Of a stretch of 64,000 bases of DNA, positions 49,327-63,339 are shown in pieces. The translations under genes were made by a program, and so were the position numbers. The notes below the pieces were generated by a model, which was not told the DNA's origin, made no database searches, and was given only the letters and a program-made list of their open reading frames with translations. Positions within the stretch are counted from its first letter, which is position 1. Every line of letters begins with the position of its first letter. Source of the stretch: Eledone cirrhosa (Eukaryota). The DNA is taken from contig OZ024749.1 in assembly GCA_964016885.1 (NCBI GenBank), positions 124,001 to 188,000 on the forward strand. Reading direction: 5' to 3'.

Positions 49327-50068
49327 GTATGAGTAGATGTGTGTGTGTGTATCACAGTAGATGTGTATGTAACACAGTAGATGTGTATATGTAACAGAGT
49401 AGATGTGTGTTTGCATGTAACTCAGTATATGTGTATGTAACTCAGTAGATGTGTGTGTGTAACACGGTAGATGTGTGTGTGTAACACGGTAGATGTGTGT
49501 GTGTAACACGGTAGATGTGTGTGTGTAACACGGTAGATGTGTGTATGTAACAGTAGATGTGTATGTATGTAACACAGTAGATGTGTATGTATGTAACACA
49601 GTAGATGTGTGTATGTAACACAGTACATGTGTGTGTATGTAACTCAGTAGATGTGTGTGTATGTAACTCAGTAGATGTGTGTATGTAACACAGTAGATTG
49701 TGTGTATGTAACATAGAAGATGTGTGTAACACAGTAGATGTGTGTGTATGTAACACAGTAGATCTGTGTGTATGTAACTCAGTAGATGTGTGTGTATGTA
49801 ACACAGGTGTGTGTATGTAACACAGTAGATGTGTGTATGTAACATAGTAGATGTGTGTATGTAACACAGAAGATGTGTGTGTATGTAACACAGTAGATGT
49901 GTGTGTATGTAACTCAGTAGATGTGTGTGTATGTAACACAGTAGATGTGTGTGTAACACAGTAGATGTGTATGTAACGCAGTAGATGTGTGTGTATATAA
50001 CCCAGTTGATGTGTGTGTATGTAACACAGTAGATGTGTGTATGTAACATAGTATATGTGTATGTAACT
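49327..50068. repeat. ~22-bp minisatellite (third copy)
   Basis: Same unit as 6724-7465. Confidence 0.95.
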
Positions 50069-50999
50069 AAAGTGTAACGTACGTTACAAATGGACGACAA
50101 ATTGATTTTAACTTGTTTTTTAACAATTGATGGTGGAAAAGATTTTAAATTGTCTTAACTCAGACCATAAAGGGCCGCAACACATGGAGTCTGACACTCT
50201 TACCGGCTACATAGCCTGGGCGTCTATTTTACCGCGACCAGCTACATAGCATCTTCCTAAAATCTTCCAACATAATTTTATACAAGAACCACATGTTAAG
50301 TTACTAATAAAATAATTAATAAATAAAAACATTAGTAAGTCCTTCAAATGATATCTCAGTAATGAAATAATTAATAATTGTTATAAATACCTCAAAATTC
50401 CTCATTAATTAAACCTCATTAATTAATTAAGCCGCTGAAAAGTGCAACAGATGCCCTCTTCTTAGTGAGACAACTACAAAAGAGGTTCTTAGAGAAAAAT
50501 AAGCCACTATACTTAGCTTTGGACATAGAGAAGGCTTTTGATAGAGAACTCTTATAAATGACAACATATATATATGTGTGTGTATATATATGTTTTTTTT
50601 AAAACTATATATTTATTACTCCCTTAAGCAGAAGAAATATATTCCCAGATATCGAAGATTACCACAATAACTAGGGAGCGGAAATCAATAGATGCTGGAC
50701 ATTGCTGCTGAGGGTAGGATGACCTGATGAGCTGGCTCCTGTGGTGGATACCTAAACATAGTTAGACCCTAGTGGGATGACTGAGGTTCACCTACATACA
50801 TCAGATGTCTCTGGATCTCCAGCTGGAGATTAATGATCTCAGGAATGCCATGAAAAATCGTGACATCTAAAAAAGAAGAGTAGAATTGTTCTGGCCAATC
50901 CACCTGACCTAATAAACAATAATAATATTAATATATATTGATGAAAATTAATTATGGTGAAATATCTTAGAAATCATTCTCAGAGGTTTTGTATTGTAA

Positions 51000-53004
51000 T
51001 CCACACTTGCTCGTTGTGGCTTCTGATGCAGACATCATGTCCGCCATCAGGTCCTTCCCAGCTAGCAGCTGCGGAGATGTTGATGGTCTCTGACCAGGCC
51101 TCCTCAAGGAGTTGATATCTCCCCTCTCCGCTGAGGCCGGGCGCCGCCTTCTGAGTGCAATTGTGGCGCTCACCAATAGGCTCATCCATGGCGCCCTGGA
51201 CTCTTATGCTCGAGGCCTCTTTTTTTCGGCCAGCCTCACCGCTCTCAGGAAGAAAGAGGATGGCATACGCCCCATTGCTGTGGGCAATGTCTTCCGGAGG
51301 CTGGCTGCCAAGGTAATCTGCAAGTCCGTAACACTCGGAACCGGCATCCAGGGCCTCCAGCCACCTCATTGTCAAGTTTGACATGAGGAATGCCTTCAAC
51401 TCTTTACGCTGGGATCATCTGCTCGAGGCCTGCCTCAGCCGAGCCCCCTCTGCCTACCTGTCATATGGAGCCCCAAGCATGCGCCATGCTGCTGATACGG
51501 TCATACCCTTGGCTACTGGGATCCAACAGGGCAACCCTTTGGGACCCCTCCTGTTCACCCTTGGTATTGACCACATCGCCTGGAGTATAACGGCCCCTCT
51601 CAACGTTTGGTATCTGGATGATGCTACTTTGGGTGGGCCCGTACAGGCGGTCTGCCATGACCTTCAATCGGTGGTTCCTGCCCTGGCGGGAATCGACCTC
51701 CAGGTCAACTCAGCCAAGTCGGAGGTGGTGAATGTCAGCCTCGATGCTGCAAGCTTTGCAGTCTCCGTCTTGGACGTGCGGTCCATTCTCCGCCAGGTTC
51801 AGGTGACCCCCCAAAGAGGATGCCCTCACCGATCCACCCGCCGGCCATCCGCTCCTCCATCAAGTCCAGACTCTCACGAGCCGACTGGGCTTGATTGATG
51901 GCCACCCAGTTCTCTTTCTGCTGAGGAACTGCTACGCCATGCCGAAGCTCCTCTATACACTCTGTGCTACACCTAAACTTGTATCCGAGCAGCAGCCGAT
52001 GAGATATGCAACTTTACCTGTCAGGTATGGCGGCCTTCGCCTCCAGTCCCCGATCTCACTAGCTTTGCCGGCATATCTTTCGTCGGTAACCTCGTACCAC
52101 GTCCTCCTCAGCAGGGTTCTTCAAAACACAACAGAACCCTCTGTGTTCAGAGAACGCGTCGCCGCCTGTGAGACGTGGGACCGGCTGGGACTTAGCCCAG
52201 TAGACGTTCCTCCTCCTTCTCCCCCTGTTGACGTCAAGTCCCCCCCAACACACTTGGGATGCCATCCAGTGCAGCCTGGCCTCAGACAGGCTCACGTGCC
52301 AGCTCGACCAGCACCGCCTTGTTTGTTTTCGTGCAGCCTCCAAACCCCACAGTGGGGCCTGGCTCCATGCCCTGCCCTCCTTCTCCACTCGCACGCAGCT
52401 AGACAACAATAGCTTGCGCATCGGCGTTTCCCTGAGGCTCGGCCTCACACCAATGTCGCTGCCGTTCCACCATGGACTCTTTCGGCCTCCACCCGCTTTC
52501 CTGTCGCCATAGTGCCAGCCGCAATCCACGCCATGCTGCCCTCAACAAAGTCATTAAGCATGGCTTGGACGCTGCAGGCTTCCCTTCCCAGCTCGAGGGG
52601 ACGGCAAAAGGCTAGATGGCATGACCATCTTCCCGTTCCGCGGTGGCAAACCCCTCGTCTGGGATGCCACTTGCACCGACACTTTCTGCAGCCGCAACCT
52701 GGTGCAGTCTGCGACTGGCCCAGGTTCTGCTGCACGTCAGGCTGAGGGGGCCAAACTCCTCACATATCGTTCACTCTCCGACAGGTTTGCGGTCGTACCC
52801 CTGGAAGTGGAGACTTCTGGTGTCCTCGGCCCCAGGGCTACCTCCTTACTCACCACCATAGGCGCTGAGCTGGCCAGCCGCAGGTGTGAGCCCCGCGAGT
52901 TGGAGTGGCTTTTCCAGCGCGTCTCCCTTGCCGTGCTCCGGGGAAACGCCTTCTCCATTCTGTCCGCCGGGGCTGTGGGTGGGTCCCATCGCGTACCGTT
53001 ATGA
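51000..53004 (+). mobile_element. Decayed CRE-like element (unit copy)
   Basis: Same ORF fragments as 20790-22795. Confidence 0.88.
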
Positions 53005-54847
53005 ATGTATACAAAACAACTAAATCTCTTAAATAACTTCACTTATATCCAAAACATGATTTGTATATACATCAACAGTGACTCATTATTATACGCCAGT
53101 CACGACCCCACTGCAAAAACGATATCTATATAACAACCCCACCGTAAAACTACTCTTCCCCACTTTACAAACACTTTATATTATTTGTCATTAAGGTTTC
53201 TTAAAATAAATATATATACGTATGTGTAGTAATTAGTACGGGGGCTCAGAGAAGGGACTAGAGTGCCTTTATGGAGGGCACATGGGACCAGCAAAGTCCT
53301 AAAAGTAGAGACCAGTAAATGAGATAAGGTCCTAGCTATGTTAAGAATATAAATAAGAAACATGTTCTATACATTTAAGAAGACAAGAGAAACATGTTCT
53401 AAACATTTAAGAAATAATTATTTACCTCTTTCATGTCGGTAATATAGCGGTGTTATAAAACTAATTATAACGACCGGTGTTAAAATAGAGAGAGATAGAC
53501 AGATAAATGTGTGTCACACTCTCACCCTCTCTTTAAATCTTTTACACTATCTAACTCGTACTTCTCACACTCTCTTTAAATCTTTTACTCTATCTACCTC
53601 TCATTTCTATCTGTGTATGTATGTATGTATCTGTCTATGTGTAACTCGGTGTACTGGAGCAATATTAAGTGAAGTGTCTTGCTCAAGAAGACATTTTGTG
53701 GAGTTATATCATCGTTTCTTGTTATAAAGCTACTTATACTACCGGCGTAACAGTGGCTATAGGTGATAGATGTAGAAATAAAAGGCTGTAACAGCGATAT
53801 AAATATAGATGAAATAGTTTACCACGAGACTAAGAATGAATGTTTAATGGAATTAAGTGTAATCTAATAGGAAATAAGAGGCTAGAGCAGCGAAATGTTT
53901 ACGTAAAATAAAAGAACAAACAAGAGTGCAACATTGAAATTTTTTTTTTTTTTGTCGATATAAGCGTTATTTTATGCGCGATTTGCCTTGCTGCCGGCGT
54001 TGATCAGTCAGTAGCAGCCCCGCTTACGAACTTCAGGAGCCAACGACTTTACATGGTTCGAATCTCACCCTCTCCGCTCTTGTCGAGTTATCTCCTACTC
54101 TTTTTACTTAGTTCCAGGTCATTAAAATAGAGCAAAGAGGGCGCGGCGATCGGCATATGCACTGGCTACAATGTTGAACTTTGGTACTGACTGCGTAGTT
54201 GAACGTTCCACATACCAACCGCCCAACTGGCCAGTCAACCGCATATGCGGCTGGCTGGCCGGTTGGGTAGTTGGCATATGTACTGGCTACCATGCTGAAC
54301 ATTGTACTGACTGTCAAGTTGAACGTTCTAACCCTCTCTTTACATCTATTACTCTATCTACCGCTTATTTCTCCCCCTCTCTTTACTTCTATAACTCTAT
54401 CTCCCACTCTCTTTACATCTATTACAGTGTCTCCCTGTATATATACACGTATATATGCACTAGATTTTATAAGAAATCTACGTAATAATATAATTAACAA
54501 TAGTTGATGAATTAGACCAGAGTTAATTAAACAATAAATATGAATGAAATAGCAGTAGATGGCGAAACTTGAGTGTTGTGTGTGCATACATATATATGAG
54601 GTAAACTGGTTCAAATACTGTCAGGATTATATTGGATCAAAGACTGTATTAAATAGAAAGTAAAAAAATGAAGTGAAAATATAAAAACAAACTGAAAATT
54701 TCCCCATCCCTAGAAAAATTCATATCTTGTTATATATAGATAATTGGCGCTTTAAATTGAATAAATATTCATTTATATATATATATATATGTATATATAT
54801 ATGTACACTGATATATATGTGTGTATATATATATGTGTATATATATA

Positions 54848-54881
<34 letters not shown>

Positions 54882-54886
<5 letters not shown>

Positions 54887-55248
54887 CGGAGATTACTGGT
54901 TGCATGAATGTAACAAAACGAGACAATGTTTGTGTATATAATATTTAATTAACGGTAGATAGAATACTTGACATGTCAAAGATAGATGTTAGAATGAACC
55001 AAAGTTAGTAGTTACCGTTTTGATTGCCAGGCAAACGCGGCTGGCAGAGGGCGCCTGGCCTTAGCCAGGCGCCTGTTGGCCAAATTAATGGCAGAGCCAA
55101 ATGAGAAGACTCTTGACCTGGTGCCGAAAAGGCAAAGAGAGAGAGGAAGCCCAAAGTCGTTAGTTTTATAGGGCTCTGACCGGAAGTTGCAGAAAGGGTT
55201 CCACTTCCCGTCTAGATCCCAATCAAAACAAGGGAGACAACCGCTACA
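54882..55248 (-). mobile_element. Probable solo LTR (~367 bp) inserted in (TA)n
   Basis: Unique to this unit. The minus strand starts TGTAGCGG and ends CCGCTATA (terminal inverted repeat), with TATAAAA at ~55163-55169 and ATTAAA at ~54944-54949. Confidence 0.65.
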
Positions 55249-56385
55249 TATATATATATATATATATCAATATCAACTTCATCATACGTCCGCTTTTCCA
55301 TGCTTGCAAGGGTGGGGTGGGAGCTGATTCTGGATTGGTTTCTACAGCTGGGTGCCCTTCCTGACGCCAACCCCGTTTGCAGTGAGTGCTGGGTGCTTTT
55401 TTTTTTCCGTGGCACCTCCACGTCAGCTTTACAGTGTGGGCTGGGTGCTTTTTTGCCGCGGCGCCTCCACGACCACTTTGCGGTGGGGCGGTGAGGCGGT
55501 GGGGTGGTATGTGTATACCCAGCCCATTGTCATTTGCCACACAGAAAAGCTTATAGCATCGTTCTTTACCCACGATGAATCTAGCAGACCCACCCCTCCA
55601 CCTGGTCTCTTGAATACAACAAACATCGACCTCCTTACGTTCAAGCATTTCTACAACCTCGTTAGAGCCACCCTATAAGGTGCCTACATTAATGGTACCA
55701 ACTCTGAAGTTTTGGATTGCGTTTGGAGGTTGGGAGCGGTGGGGAGCGGGGATGGGGTTAGGGTTAGCCATCCGCGGCCGAAACAAAGAGGAGGAGCCCT
55801 TGCATTCTCGTCCATGAGGTGGATTTGTCTTTATGTATGTATATGTATATATGTATGTATGTGTGTGTATGTATGTATATGTATATATGAGTGTATATGT
55901 GTATATGTATGTATATGTATGTGTATATATGTGTATATGTATGTGTTTGTATATATGTGTGTGTATGTATATATGTGTGTGTATGTATATATATATATGT
56001 ATGTATGTGTATATGTATGTATATGTATGTATGTGTATATGTATATATGTATGTATATGTGTGTATGTATGTATATATGTATGTATGTGTATATATGTAT
56101 ACATATGTATATATGTATGTATGTGTATATATGTATATATGTATGTATGTATATGTATATATACGTGTGTATATGTATATATACTTATGTGTATATGCTT
56201 ATGTATGTGTATGTATGTATATTTATATTATGTATATATATATATCTATGTATGTGTATGTATGTATATATATGTATGTATATGTGTATGTATGTGTATG
56301 TATGTATGTATGTGTATATATGTATGTATGTATATATATATGTATGTATATGTATATGTATGTGTATGTATATGTATATGTATAT

Positions 56386-56739
56386 GGAGGCACATGGCTT
56401 AGTGGTTCGAGCATTGGCCTGGCAATCGAAAGGTTGTGAGTTCAATTCTCAGACCGGGTGATGTGTTGTTTCCTTGAGCAAGACACTTTATTTCACATTG
56501 CTCCAGTTTACTCAGCTGTAGAAATGAGATGATAGGGACTGGGGTCCATATCATTCCACTGCAAAGTGGTCGTGGAGGTGCCACGGCAAAAAAGCACTCA
56601 GCACTCACTGTAAATGAGGTTGGTGTTAGGAAGGGCATCCAGCTGTAGAAATCAAGCCAGAATCAGTTCCCGTCCCACATTTGCAAGCAGGGAAAAAGCG
56701 GACTTAAAACGAAATGATGATGATGATGATGATGATGAT
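56386..56739 (+). mobile_element. tRNA/CORE-like SINE with RTE tail (unit copy)
   Basis: Near-identical to 19792-20144. Confidence 0.9.
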
Positions 56740-57379
56740 GTATGTATGTATGTGTATATGTATGTATGTATGTATATGTATGTATGTGTATGAGATGCAG
56801 TTTGGTTTTGTGCCGCTGAAAAGTGCAACAGATGCCCTCTTCTTAGTGAGACAACTACAAAAGAGGTTCTTAGAGAAAAATAAGCCACTATACTTAGCTT
56901 TGGACATAGAGAAGGCTTTTGATAGAGAACTCTTATAAATGACAACATATATATATGTGTGTGTATATATATGTTTTTTTAAAAACTATATATTTATTAC
57001 TCCCTTAAGCAGAAGAAATATATTCCCAGATATCGAAGATTACCACAATAACTAGGGAGCGGAAATCAATAGATGCTGGACATTGCTGCTGAGGGTAGGA
57101 TGACCTGATGAGCTGGCTCCTGTGGTGGATACCTAAACATAGTTAGACCCTAGTGGGATGACTGAGGTTCACCTACATACATCAGATGTCTCTGGATCTC
57201 CAGCTGGAGATTAATGATCTCAGGAATGCCATGAAAAATCGTGACATCTAAAAAAGAAGAGTAGAATTGTTCTGGCCAATCCACCTGACCTAATAAACAA
57301 TAATAATATTAATATATATTGATGAAAATTAATTATGGTGAAATATCTTAGAAATCATTCTCAGAGGTTTTGTATTGTA

Positions 57380-59385
57380 ATCCACACTTGCTCGTTGTGG
57401 CTTCTGATGCAGACATCATGTCCGCCATCAGGTCCTTCCCAGCTAGCAGCTGCGGAGATGTTGATGGTCTCTGACCAGGCCTCCTCAAGGAGTTGATATC
57501 TCCCCTCTCCGCTGAGGCCGGGCGCCGCCTTCTGAGTGCAATTGTGGCGCTCACCAATAGGCTCATCCATGGCGCCCTGGACTCTTATGCTCGAGGCCTC
57601 TTTTTTTCGGCCAGCCTCACCGCTCTCAGGAAGAAAGAGGATGGCATACGCCCCATTGCTGTGGGCAATGTCTTCCGGAGGCTGGCTGCCAAGGTAATCT
57701 GCAAGTCCGTAACACTCGGAACCGGCATCCAGGGCCTCCAGCCACCTCATTGTCAAGTTTGACATGAGGAATGCCTTCAACTCTTTACGCTGGGATCATC
57801 TGCTCGAGGCCTGCCTCAGCCGAGCCCCCTCTGCCTACCTGTCATATGGAGCCCCAAGCATGCGCCATGCTGCTGATACGGTCATACCCTTGGCTACTGG
57901 GATCCAACAGGGCAACCCTTTGGGACCCCTCCTGTTCACCCTTGGTATTGACCACATCGCCTGGAGTATAACGGCCCCTCTCAACGTTTGGTATCTGGAT
58001 GATGCTACTTTGGGTGGGCCCGTACAGGCGGTCTGCCATGACCTTCAATCGGTGGTTCCTGCCCTGGCGGGAATCGACCTCCAGGTCAACTCAGCCAAGT
58101 CGGAGGTGGTGAATGTCAGCCTCGATGCTGCAAGCTTTGCAGTCTCCGTCTTGGACGTGCGGTCCATTCTCCGCCAGGTTCAGGTGACCCCACAAAGAGG
58201 ATGCCCTCACCGATCCACCCGCCGGCCATCCGCTCCTCCATCAAGTCCAGACTCTCACGAGCCGACTGGGCTTGATTGATGGCCACCCAGTTCTCTTTCT
58301 GCTGAGGAACTGCTACGCCATGCCGAAGCTCCTCTATACACTCTGTGCTAGACCTAAACTTGTATCCGAGAAGCAGCCGATGAGATATGCAACTTTACCT
58401 GTCAGATATGGCGGCCTTCGCCTCCAGTCCCCGATCTCACTAGCTTTGCCGGCATATCTTTCGTCGGTAACCTCGTACCACGTCCTCCTCAGCAGGGTTC
58501 TTCAAAACACAACAGAACCCTCTGTGTTCAGAGAACGCGTGGCCGCCTGTGAGACGTGGGACCGGCTGGGACTTAGCCCAGTAGACGTTCCTCCTCCTTC
58601 TCCCCCTGTTGACGTCAAGTCCCCCCCAACACACTTGGGATGCCATCCAGTGCAGCCTGGCCTCAGACAGGCTCACGCGCCAGCTCGACCAGCACCGCCT
58701 TGTTTGTTTTCGTGCAGCCTCCAAACCCCACAGTGGGGCCTGGCTCCATGCCCTGCCCTCCTTCTCCACTCGCACGCAGCTAGACAACAATAGCTTGCGC
58801 ATCGGCGTTTCCCTGAGGCTCGGCCTCACACCAATGTCGCTGCCGTTCCACCATGGACTCTTTCGGCCTCCACCCGCTTTCCTGTCGCCACAGTGCCAGC
58901 CGCAATCCACGCCATGCTGCCCTCAACGAAGTCATTAAGCATGGCTTGGACGCTGCAGGCTTCCCTTCCCAGCTCGAGGGGACGGCAAAAGGCTAGATGG
59001 CATGACCATCTTCCCGTTCCGCGGTGGCAAACCCCTCGTCTGGGATGCCACTTGCACCGACACTTTCTGCAGCCGCAACCTGGTGCAGTCTGCGACTGGC
59101 CCAGGTTCTGCTGCACGTCAGGCTGAGGGGGCCAAACTCCTCACATATCGTTCACTCTCCGACAGGTTTGCGGTCGTACCCCTGGAAGTGGAGACTTCTG
59201 GTGTCCTCGGCCCCAGGGCTACCTCCTTACTCACCACCATAGGCGCTGAGCTGGCCAGCCGCAGGTGTGAGCCCCGCGAGTTGGAGTGGCTTTTCCAGCG
59301 CGTCTCCCTTGCCGTGCTCCGGGGAAACGCCTTCTCCATTCTGTCCGCCGGGGCTGTGGGTGGGTCCCATCGCGTACCGTTATGA
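57380..59385 (+). mobile_element. Decayed CRE-like element (unit copy)
   Basis: Same ORF fragments as 20790-22795. Confidence 0.88.
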
Positions 59386-61205
59386 ATGTATACAAAACAA
59401 CTAAATCTCTTAAATAACTTCACTTATATCCAAAACATGATTTGTATATACATCAACAGTGACTCATTATTATACGCCAGTCACGACCCCACTGCAAAAA
59501 CGATATCTATATAACAACCCCACCGTAAAACTACTCTTCCCCACTTTACAAACACTTTATATTATTTGTCATTAAGGTTTCTTAAAATAAATATATATAC
59601 GTATGTGTAGTAATTAGTACAGGGACGAGTGTGTCTTGGTGGAGGGCACATGGGACCAGCAAAGTCCTAAAAGTAGAGACCAGTAAATGAGATAAGGTCG
59701 TAGCTATGTTAAGAATATACATAAGAAACATGTTCTAAACATTTAAGAAATAATTATTTACCTCTTTCATGTCGGTAATGTAGCGGTGTTATAAAACTAA
59801 TTATAACGACCGGTGTTAAAATAGAGAGAGATAGACAGATAAATGTGTGTCACACTCTCACCCTCTCTTTAAATCTTTTACACTATCTAACTCGTACTTC
59901 TCACACTCTCTTTAAATCTTTTACTCTATCTACCTCTCATTTCTATCTGTGTATGTATGTATGTATGTATGTATGTATGTATGTATCTGTCTATGTGTAA
60001 CTCGGTGTACTGGAGCAATATGAAGTGAAGTGTCTTGCTGAAGAAGACATTTTGTGGAGTTATATCATCGTTTCTTGTTATAAAGCTACTTATACTACCG
60101 GCGTAACAGTGGCTATAGGTGATAGATGTAGAAATAAAAGGCTGTAACAGCGATATAAATATAGATGAAATAGTTTACCACGAGACTAAGAATGAATGTT
60201 TAATGGAATTAAGTGTAATCTAATAGGAAATAAGAGGCTAGAGCAGCGAAATGTTTACGTAAAATAAAAGAACAACAAAGAAGAGTGCAACATTGAAATT
60301 TTTTTTTTTTTTGTCGATATAAGCGTTATTTTATGCGCGATTTGCCTTGCTGCCGGCGTTGCTCAGTCAGTAGCAGCCCCGCTTACGAACTTCAGGAGCC
60401 AACGACTTTACATGGTTCGAATCTCACCCTCTCCGCTCTTGTCGAGTTATCTCCTACTCTTTTTACTTAGTTCCAGGTCATTAAAATAGAGCAAAGAGGG
60501 CGCGGCGATCGGCATATGCACTGGCTACAATGTTGAACTTTGGTACTGACTGCGTAGTTGAACGTTCCACATACCAACCGCCCAACTGGCCAGTCAACCG
60601 CATATGCGGCTGGCTGGCCGGTTGGGTAGTTGGCATATGTACTGGCTACCATGCTGAACGTTGTACTGACTGTCAAGTTGAACGTTCTAACCCTCTCTTT
60701 ACATCTATTACTCTATCTACCGCTTATTTCTCCCCCTCTCTTTACTTCTATAACTCTATCTCCCACTCTCTTTACATCTATTACAGTGTCTCCCTGTATA
60801 TATATACACGTATATATGCACTAGATTTTATAAGAAATCTACGTAATAATATAATTAACAATAGTTGATGAATTAGACCAGAGTTAATTAAACAATAAAT
60901 ATGAATGAAATAGCAGTAGATGGCGAAACTTGAGTGTTGTGTGTGCATACATATATATGAGGTAAACTGGTTCAAATACTGTCAGGATTATATTGGATCA
61001 AAGACTGTATTAAATAGAAAGTAAAAAATGAAGTGAAAATATAAAAACAAACTGAAAATTTCCCCATCCCTAGAAAAATTCATATCTTGTTATATATAGA
61101 TAATTGGCGCTTTAAATTGAATAAATATTCATTTATATATATATATATGTATATATATATGTACACTGATATATATGTGTGTATATATATATGTGTATAT
61201 ATATA

Positions 61206-61264
<59 letters not shown>

Positions 61265-62347
61265 ACTTCATCATACGTCCGCTTTTCCATGCTTGCAAGG
61301 GTGGGGTGGGAGCTGATTCTGGATTGGTTTCTACAGCTGGGTGCCCTTCCTGACGCCAACCCCGTTTGCAGTGAGTGCTGGGTGCTTTTTTTTTTTCCGT
61401 GGCACCTCCACGTCAGCTTTACAGTGTGGGCTGGGTGCTTTTTTGCCGCGGCGCCTCCACGACCACTTTGCGGTGGGGTGGTGGGGTGGTATGTGTATAC
61501 CCAGCCCATTGTCATTTGCCACACAGAAAAGCTTATAGCATCGTTCTTTACCCACGATGAATCTAGCAGACCCACCCCTCCACCTGGTCTCTTGAATACA
61601 ACAAACATCGACCTCCTTACGTTCAAGCATTTCTACAACCTCGTTAGAGCCACCCTATAAGGTGCCTACATTAATGGTACCAACTCTGAAGTTTTGGATT
61701 GCGTTTGGAGGTTGGGAGCGGTGGGGAGCGGGGATGGGGTTAGGGTTAGCCATCCGCGGCCGAAACAAAGAGGAGGAGCCCTTGCATTCTCGTCCATGAG
61801 GTGGATTTGTCTTTATGTATGTATATGTATATATGTATGTATGTGTGTGTATGTATGTATATGTATATATGAGTGTATATGTGTATATGTATGTATATGT
61901 ATGTGTATGTATGTGTATATATGTGTATATGTATGTGTTTGTATATATGTGTGTGTATGTATATATGTGTGTGTATGTATATATATATATATGTATGTGT
62001 ATATGTATGTATATGTATGTATGTGTATATGTATATATGTATGTATATGTGTGTATGTATGTATATATGTATGTATGTGTATATATGTATGTATATGTAT
62101 ATATGTATGTATGTATATGTATATATACGTGTGTATATGTATATATACTTATGTGTATATGCTTATGTATGTGTATGTATGTATATTTATATTATGTATA
62201 TATATATATATATGTATGTATGTGTATGTATGTATATATATGTATGTATATGTGTATGTATGTGTGTGTATGTATGTATGTGTATATATGTATGTATGTA
62301 TATATATATGTATGTATATGTATGTGTATGTATATGTATATGTATAT

Positions 62348-62675
62348 GGAGGCACATGGCTTAGTGGTTCGAGCATTGGCCTGGCAATCGAAAGGTTGTG
62401 AGTTCAATTCTCAGACCGGGTGATGTGTTGTTTCCTTGAGCAAGACACTTTATTTCACATTGCTCCAGTTTACTCAGCTGTAGAAATGAGATGATAGGGA
62501 CTGGGGTCCATATCATTCCACTGCAAAGTGGTCGTGGAGGTGCCACGGCAAAAAAGCACTCAGCACTCACTGTAAATGAGGTTGGTGTTAGGAAGGGCAT
62601 CCAGCTGTAGAAATCAAGCCAGAATCAGTTCCCGTCCCACCCTTGCAAGCAGGGAAAAAGCGGACTTAAAACGAA

Positions 62676-62707
<32 letters not shown>
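62348..62707 (+). mobile_element. tRNA/CORE-like SINE with RTE tail (unit copy)
   Basis: Near-identical to 19792-20144. Confidence 0.9.
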
Positions 62708-62708
<1 letters not shown>

Positions 62709-63339
62709 TATGTATGTATGTGTATATGTATGTATATGTATGTATGTGTATGAGATGCAGTTTGGCTTTGTGCCGCTGAAAAGTGCAACAGATGCCCTCT
62801 TTTTAGTGAGACAACTACAAAAGAGGTTCTTAGAGAAAAATAAGCCACTATACTTAGCTTTGGACATAGAGAAGGCTTTTGATAGAGAACTCTTATAAAT
62901 GACAACATATATATATGTGTGTGTATATATATGTTTTTTTTAAAACTATATATTTATTACTCCCTTAAGCAGAAGAAATATATTCCCAGATATCGAAGAT
63001 TACCACAATAACTAGGGAGCGGAAGTCAATAGATGCTGGACATTGCTGCTGAGGGTAGGATGACCTGATGAGCTGGCTCCTGTGGTGGATACCTAAACAT
63101 AGTAAGACCCAAGTGGGATGACTGAGGTTCACCTACATACATCAGATGTCTCTGGATCTCCAGCTGGAGATTAATGATCTCAGGAATGCCATGAAAAATC
63201 GTGACATCTAAAAAAGAAGAGTAGAATTGTTCTGGCCAATCCACCTGACCTAATAAACAATAATAATATTAACATATATTGATGAAAATTAATTATGGTG
63301 AAATATCTTAGAAATCATTCTCAGAGGTTTTGTATTGTA

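Noticed and set aside
20790-59385. Site-specific, repeated CRE insertion into each array unit
   Set aside because: Copies share boundaries and most disabling lesions, so one dead copy was amplified with the unit.
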